The position numbers and the translations under genes are program-made. From Eledone cirrhosa (Eukaryota), in NCBI GenBank assembly GCA_964016885.1, contig OZ024746.1, positions 67,270,001-67,334,000 of the forward strand: 64,000 bases of DNA, read 5' to 3'. Numbering within the stretch: position 1 is the stretch's first letter; the number at the start of each line of letters is the position of its first letter. The notes under the pieces are model-generated. The model worked only from the letters and a program-made list of their open reading frames with translations. It was not told the DNA's origin and made no database searches. This document shows positions 58,746-64,000 of the stretch, piece after piece.

Positions 58746-59345
58746 ATAATAATAAAATTGAAGACTAAAATCCAAAGAGGGCTCGATAAGGAAAATATAT
58801 AGAGTCGTCGAGATTAATCTGTTCGCGTGTATGTATTTATTTGTTTCTATTATTTCTGTATTGTATTTATTTACTTTGTTCTTAACTCTGTAGCGGAGAT
58901 TCATTTGGTCTCCTAGTTAGAATTTTAGTCTACGATTTCTGCTATACCATTTACGTGGTTTTGTCTTTGCGTGCTATTGTTCTCCACGCTCCACATATGA
59001 CTTATTATCTTCGTTTTTTCGTTCATTGCCAGAGAACGTCTCTATGCACCACCTAAGAGAACATTAGTCTACGACCTCTATTATACTATAAACGTGGTTT
59101 TGTCTTTGCGCGTAATTGTTTTTCACCGCTCCTATTAATGACGTATTATTCGTTTTTTCCCGTTCTTTGCCAGCGAACGTTACCACGATCCAAAGTATCG
59201 TCTTCCTGTCTTCCTCCGGTTGCAACGTTTTTTGAAATATCCAGTTCTGCGTTTACAGATTGACTTTGTTAGTTTCAGAAGATCCCGTTAAGGGTGAAAG
59301 CAGCGATTCTTTGCTTAAACTTTAATCTGTTATTTTAATAAAAAT
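58742..59345. mobile_element. Family H, longest copy, with internal ~140-bp tandem duplication
   Basis: Tail at left (minus strand), hammerhead at right (plus strand); 58925-59040 resembles 59063-59180. Confidence 0.7.
59271..59321 (+). ncRNA. Hammerhead ribozyme with one core substitution (family H)
   Basis: AGTTT-CAGAAGA-tCCCgttaaGGGt-GAAA-GCA(gcgattctt)TGC-TT-AAACT. Confidence 0.6.
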
Positions 59346-59506
59346 ATATATATATATATATAAATATATATATATACATATTTATATATATATAGAGAGA
59401 GAAAGAGTGAGATAGAGAGAGAGAAAGAGAGAGAGAGGGTTTGTGAGTTCGATTTCTGGTTCTGGCGATGTGTTATGTCCTTGAGCAAGATATATATATA
59501 TATATA

Positions 59507-59581
<75 letters not shown>

Positions 59582-60097
59582 TGCTATGCATTACAAACCG
59601 GTGATTAATTATATAACTTTGACGAAATATTCAGACACGTTTCTATACTGATCAATTTTTAAGAAATAATATAGAGCTAGCTCCTACATTTAACTACACA
59701 CTAGCTTACAAAACCGATTTCTTAAGACGTTTCAGCAGAAATGTCAGTCTCCAAATAGCGGTAAACAGAATTCTGATAAAAAAAGATTTATGAATGGTAG
59801 CGAAATTATACAATTATGGTCAATCGAAGATACTTTCGACCTTTGAACTCTATAAGAATATATTTCTTCAATTGTTTAAATCTCCATCGAATTGGACACA
59901 TTAAAATAAGCGAATTGAGTTGCTGAATTATATACCTAATTATGTAAGTCTTTGCTTTAGAGTATAGTACAAAACGAATGAGAAGTATTTATTGCCGAAT
60001 TCGTGGAATAATGTCTGGGCTTGTACTGAGGTAATTAGATGACTAACGAAAAATTGAACCGATGTAAAATGAAAGAAACGAAAGTAAATAAACGTGT

Positions 60098-60111
60098 GAT
60101 GATGATGATGA

Positions 60112-60144
<33 letters not shown>

Positions 60145-60207
60145 TGAGAAGAAGAAGAAGAAGAAGAAGAAGAAGAAGAAGAAGAAGAAAAAGAAAAAGA
60201 AGAAGAA
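60098..60207. repeat. (GAT)n-(GAC)n-(GAA)n compound microsatellite
   Basis: Directly visible. Confidence 0.9.
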
Positions 60208-63200
60208 AGGCTAGACTAGTTTTGTAAGGAAGCTAATGCGGTATTCTGAATTACATAGATGATGTCTCTGTCAACTATTGTCTCTGAATGAATATTACAA
60301 GAAAGTTTACGAAATCACGCCAGGTCAAACTAAGAATTACATTTAATTTCAAACAAGTAAAATTCGATTTTGTCTAGATCTTCAGTAACAAACGTAAGTC
60401 TTTGTTGTGGGAATAATAGACTAAATAGATTTCTTTCTGGTGAGAAATCCTTCATGTATGATAAGGAATAGAAAAAGATGTATGTATGTTCTTCTGGTTT
60501 TATTTTTTTTAATAACTTTTAACTAATAAACAGCCGGTTTCGAAGACACTTTCATTGGAACATATTTACACACGCACGCACACACATACACACATGTATA
60601 TATATATATATACAAGTGTGTGTGTGTGTGTTTCGAGGGGGGGGGGGGTTGTATGTGTGTGTGTTTTAGTTTTAATAGGTATGTATGTGTGTGCATGTGA
60701 TAGTATCTGTGCGTTTGTGATACAATAGAAGAAAAGAAACATAGTCAATATTATCATCAAGCATCATTTCATAAATGATTATTACATTGGTTACCATGTT
60801 TATGTCTTATAATGGTATTCTTTAAAACTTTGCCATACGCAATCGAACAGATCCATGTTTATGGAGAAAATTTATTGTACCCATCCTCAAAATCTGTCAT
60901 ATTTTCACACCTGTCAATGTGTAATATGTGTTTAATGAAAGAAACCATTATAAACATAAGGATGGTTTATGAAAAATCATATTGTGTCTGAGAAACAGTG
61001 GTGTTGCATCAATCTGGAAGTCTTTTGTTTCGTACAAGCAAGTAGACAGGGTGGAAATGTGCATGCACCTGATATATTTGATATTCATTCAATCGATTCT
61101 ATTCTTCAAATAGTCGTATGCATCATTATTATATTAACATTAATGATAGTGGGCGTCGTGTTTATAATTTGAAGTGTCTGGGGCTTGTTGGTAGTGCATT
61201 GAACATCTTGTAGTCTTCCTAAAGAAAATTAACCCATGCTATAAAACACCTGGCAGAAGAAAAACAGTACAACCTAGCACTAACATTTGACGAAAGAAAC
61301 GGAAACATATACTTCATTTATACGAAATATAAATAATATGTCCCTTGGTTGCTGTGTTGGCCATATATAGTTAACCTGATTATGTTCATTAAGAGAATAC
61401 ATTTTCTGTGAGAGATATCAAATCCCGAAAGATTTGGGCAGAAACTTTCGAGGGTGATACGAAATTCTTATTATAGTGTGTGTATATATATATATATATA
61501 TATATGCATATATATATATACACACACATATATATATACATATACATGTGCGTGTGTGTGTGTGTGTGTCTAATACAAGGCCGATTTGTTATGCCTTCAT
61601 TACGTTTATATATATATATATATATATATATCAGTAGTTGGGGCAAGTTCGTGGTAGTTTATGTGTGAGGGATGGTTTTGGAGGGCGTGTATGACCGAAA
61701 CGTATGTCTAATGTAGAATGTTTTTGTGGATAGAGGGGAATATAGAATTGTCCTTTGTGCTCGTCGATAGCATAGGTTTGGATTTGATATGTTTGTTTGG
61801 GGCATCTACATGTATGCATGCATGTATTATGTATTAGTAGGAGTGAGACAAAGAAAAAATATCAATTGTAATAAATATGGGAGACAGTTAATTAATAAGG
61901 AATTATAAGTGTTTGTAGGAGAGCAATGGTGATATTATACAGGAACGGTGACAAATTAAAAAAGTGGAGCGCGTGTGCCACGGGATATGAACTGGCGATT
62001 CATCCGCTTATTGTTTTATAGTTTGACAAATTTTCAACGGTACTATTTACAAGTCTCAATATTACTAAATGTAATGTTGCTACTTGTAGTTGATTTAACA
62101 CATTATGTAAAAAATTTTACATGTTTTCTTTATCTAATAAGGTGAGGTGCTATAGGATTATATCAAATACCCTGAGTGAAAAGGAAACTGAATTTATTAG
62201 TTTTATTGATACTCTCAGACGAATTATCCATAATGTTTGGTTCGTTGAACATCCGTAGACTAATATTTATCAACAAGAAATAACTGCAACTTATCAGGGT
62301 GTAAATAAACCAAAGGAAATATAATAACAATAATAAAATAAATAATTCTCGCTAAAATGTTAAATAAAACCAGGAATTATATTGAACAGATGCCAAAGTT
62401 TCATGAAAGATAAATATTTGACGAGTTTAGATATAATGTACGTATTATTTTCATATTCTTATTTTTTAAATAACAGATATACTATGATTTGTTCATACAG
62501 ACTAGATATAGTATATATATAGAAGCAGTTTCTGGAAAATGTACGGTGTCAGAAGATGCCATGGACGTTCTAATCACAGAAGAAATTTTCCGTTTCCTTT
62601 ATCGAATAGGAAACAAAACTTTTATCAAATAAAGGTTATTACTGTGGACGCTTGTTTTTCCTCTTCTTAGTTGTGTCGTGGGGGAAGAGTCCTGAAGCAC
62701 GCCTTCCAGCGTGTCTGTCAGGAACAGCTGCTTCGCAGACATATGCAAACATACACGCATATATATTGTTTAAATTCTCTATGTGCGGTATTTGTATTTT
62801 AATTTCAAACGATTTAATTAATATTTATATTGCAATTAGTGAAACACGTGTAAAATGGGTAAATGGATTTGCCCTATCTTTATCCTTGGTTCAATACTAT
62901 ATGAATATACCAGTGCTATGTGTAGTTATTGAAATTCATTTTATTAGAACTTACTCTAAGTATTAAACCTCGAATGCATATTCTCTTCTTGTTTGCTGAT
63001 TGTACAAACACATTGCGATATAAATCCTCTTGTCATATCATAATAATTTGATTTATGTGTTATGAAATGAGTATTATAAAAGGAGGCCACAGTGATACCG
63101 GAAAACAACGGAAGAAGTCTCTTTCGGAAGCCATCACACTGTAAGTCGATGAGGTTGCCCCTAGATTAAAACTAACAAAAAACGATGACGATTGTGATGG

Positions 63201-64000
63201 GAAAGATTAGAATGCTTGTAATGAAACGGCATTTGACAATATTTGCAAAGTATGAATCTATGAAGATCGTACACAGTATCCATAAATCAGATAAATGGGA
63301 ATCATGGCTTTGGGTCATGTTCTCTTTTAATATAAATAGTTTTGACCACCAAAGTATTTTATATTACTCAGATTTATAATAACAATAAATATTTATGGGA
63401 TTAACAACCCTCTGATTCTTATATTCCCAAATATTTTAATCTTTCTCCTGAGACGAGAATTAAAAGCTCTGGATGTAAGCCATATAAAGTATAACATTTA
63501 ACAAGATATATCTCATGGCTAGGTTATAAGACATTATTGTGAATAAAGTCTCAGCTATGACTAAAATATGGCTCCAACAAATATCGGCTACGTTGCCTTA
63601 ATGCGCAATGAAATACAATTAAGAAAATCGTTGTTAGAAGTGACGCCACTTCATATAAATATAGATGCAGAGTGAAATAATGGCTTCAAAATTAATCTAC
63701 TTGTCTTTATATTAAATAACTAATTAGGTGTCACTTTGAATGTGGATGTCATGAAGAAGGGTGCTGAGGTAGTATACACAATAAGGTGTTTCATTAACTG
63801 AAACCATTTACAATTGTTAGTTACATCTATTTATGTTCCCAGGAGAAATTCAGTCTAGAGTTTCTTTGTTCTTCGTGTTCTGCTTGTTTAATGTACAAAC
63901 TGGATGCTTCATGTACAACATAATGCTACGTCCATCTGTCGTAGTGGAATACAGGCAAAGGAGAAAAGTATGCTGGAAGATATTTTTGTTAACTGTTATT

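Overview
AT-rich, microsatellite-saturated eukaryotic DNA. The repeat content (tRNA-derived SINEs, Penelope-like elements, Tx1 and R4-type LINEs in a sea of (TA)n) suggests an invertebrate, most likely an octopus-type cephalopod; this is an inference. No host gene can be called with confidence, and almost all ORF-track entries are translated microsatellites. Recognisable content: (1) a full-length but mutated Tx1/L1-clade LINE (38281-43650) inserted into the (TTA)n tail of a 5'-truncated relative, plus an older minus-strand copy; (2) RTE-like and R4/Dong-like LINE fragments; (3) many copies of two tRNA-derived SINE families; (4) a few MITE/DNA-transposon relics; (5) about a dozen sequence-distinct families of short Penelope-like element (PLE) termini, essentially all embedded in (TA)n. 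Many PLE termini carry hand-foldable type I hammerhead ribozymes. They share one architecture: inverted arm, forward arm, unpaired tail. In several families the fold-back point falls inside ribozyme stem II, and the tails share a GAGT(G/A)CT-like motif. One family (A, 8 copies) is tied to a Neptune-type PLE by an ORF N-terminus and a GIY-YIG endonuclease fragment. All folds and alignments were done by eye.
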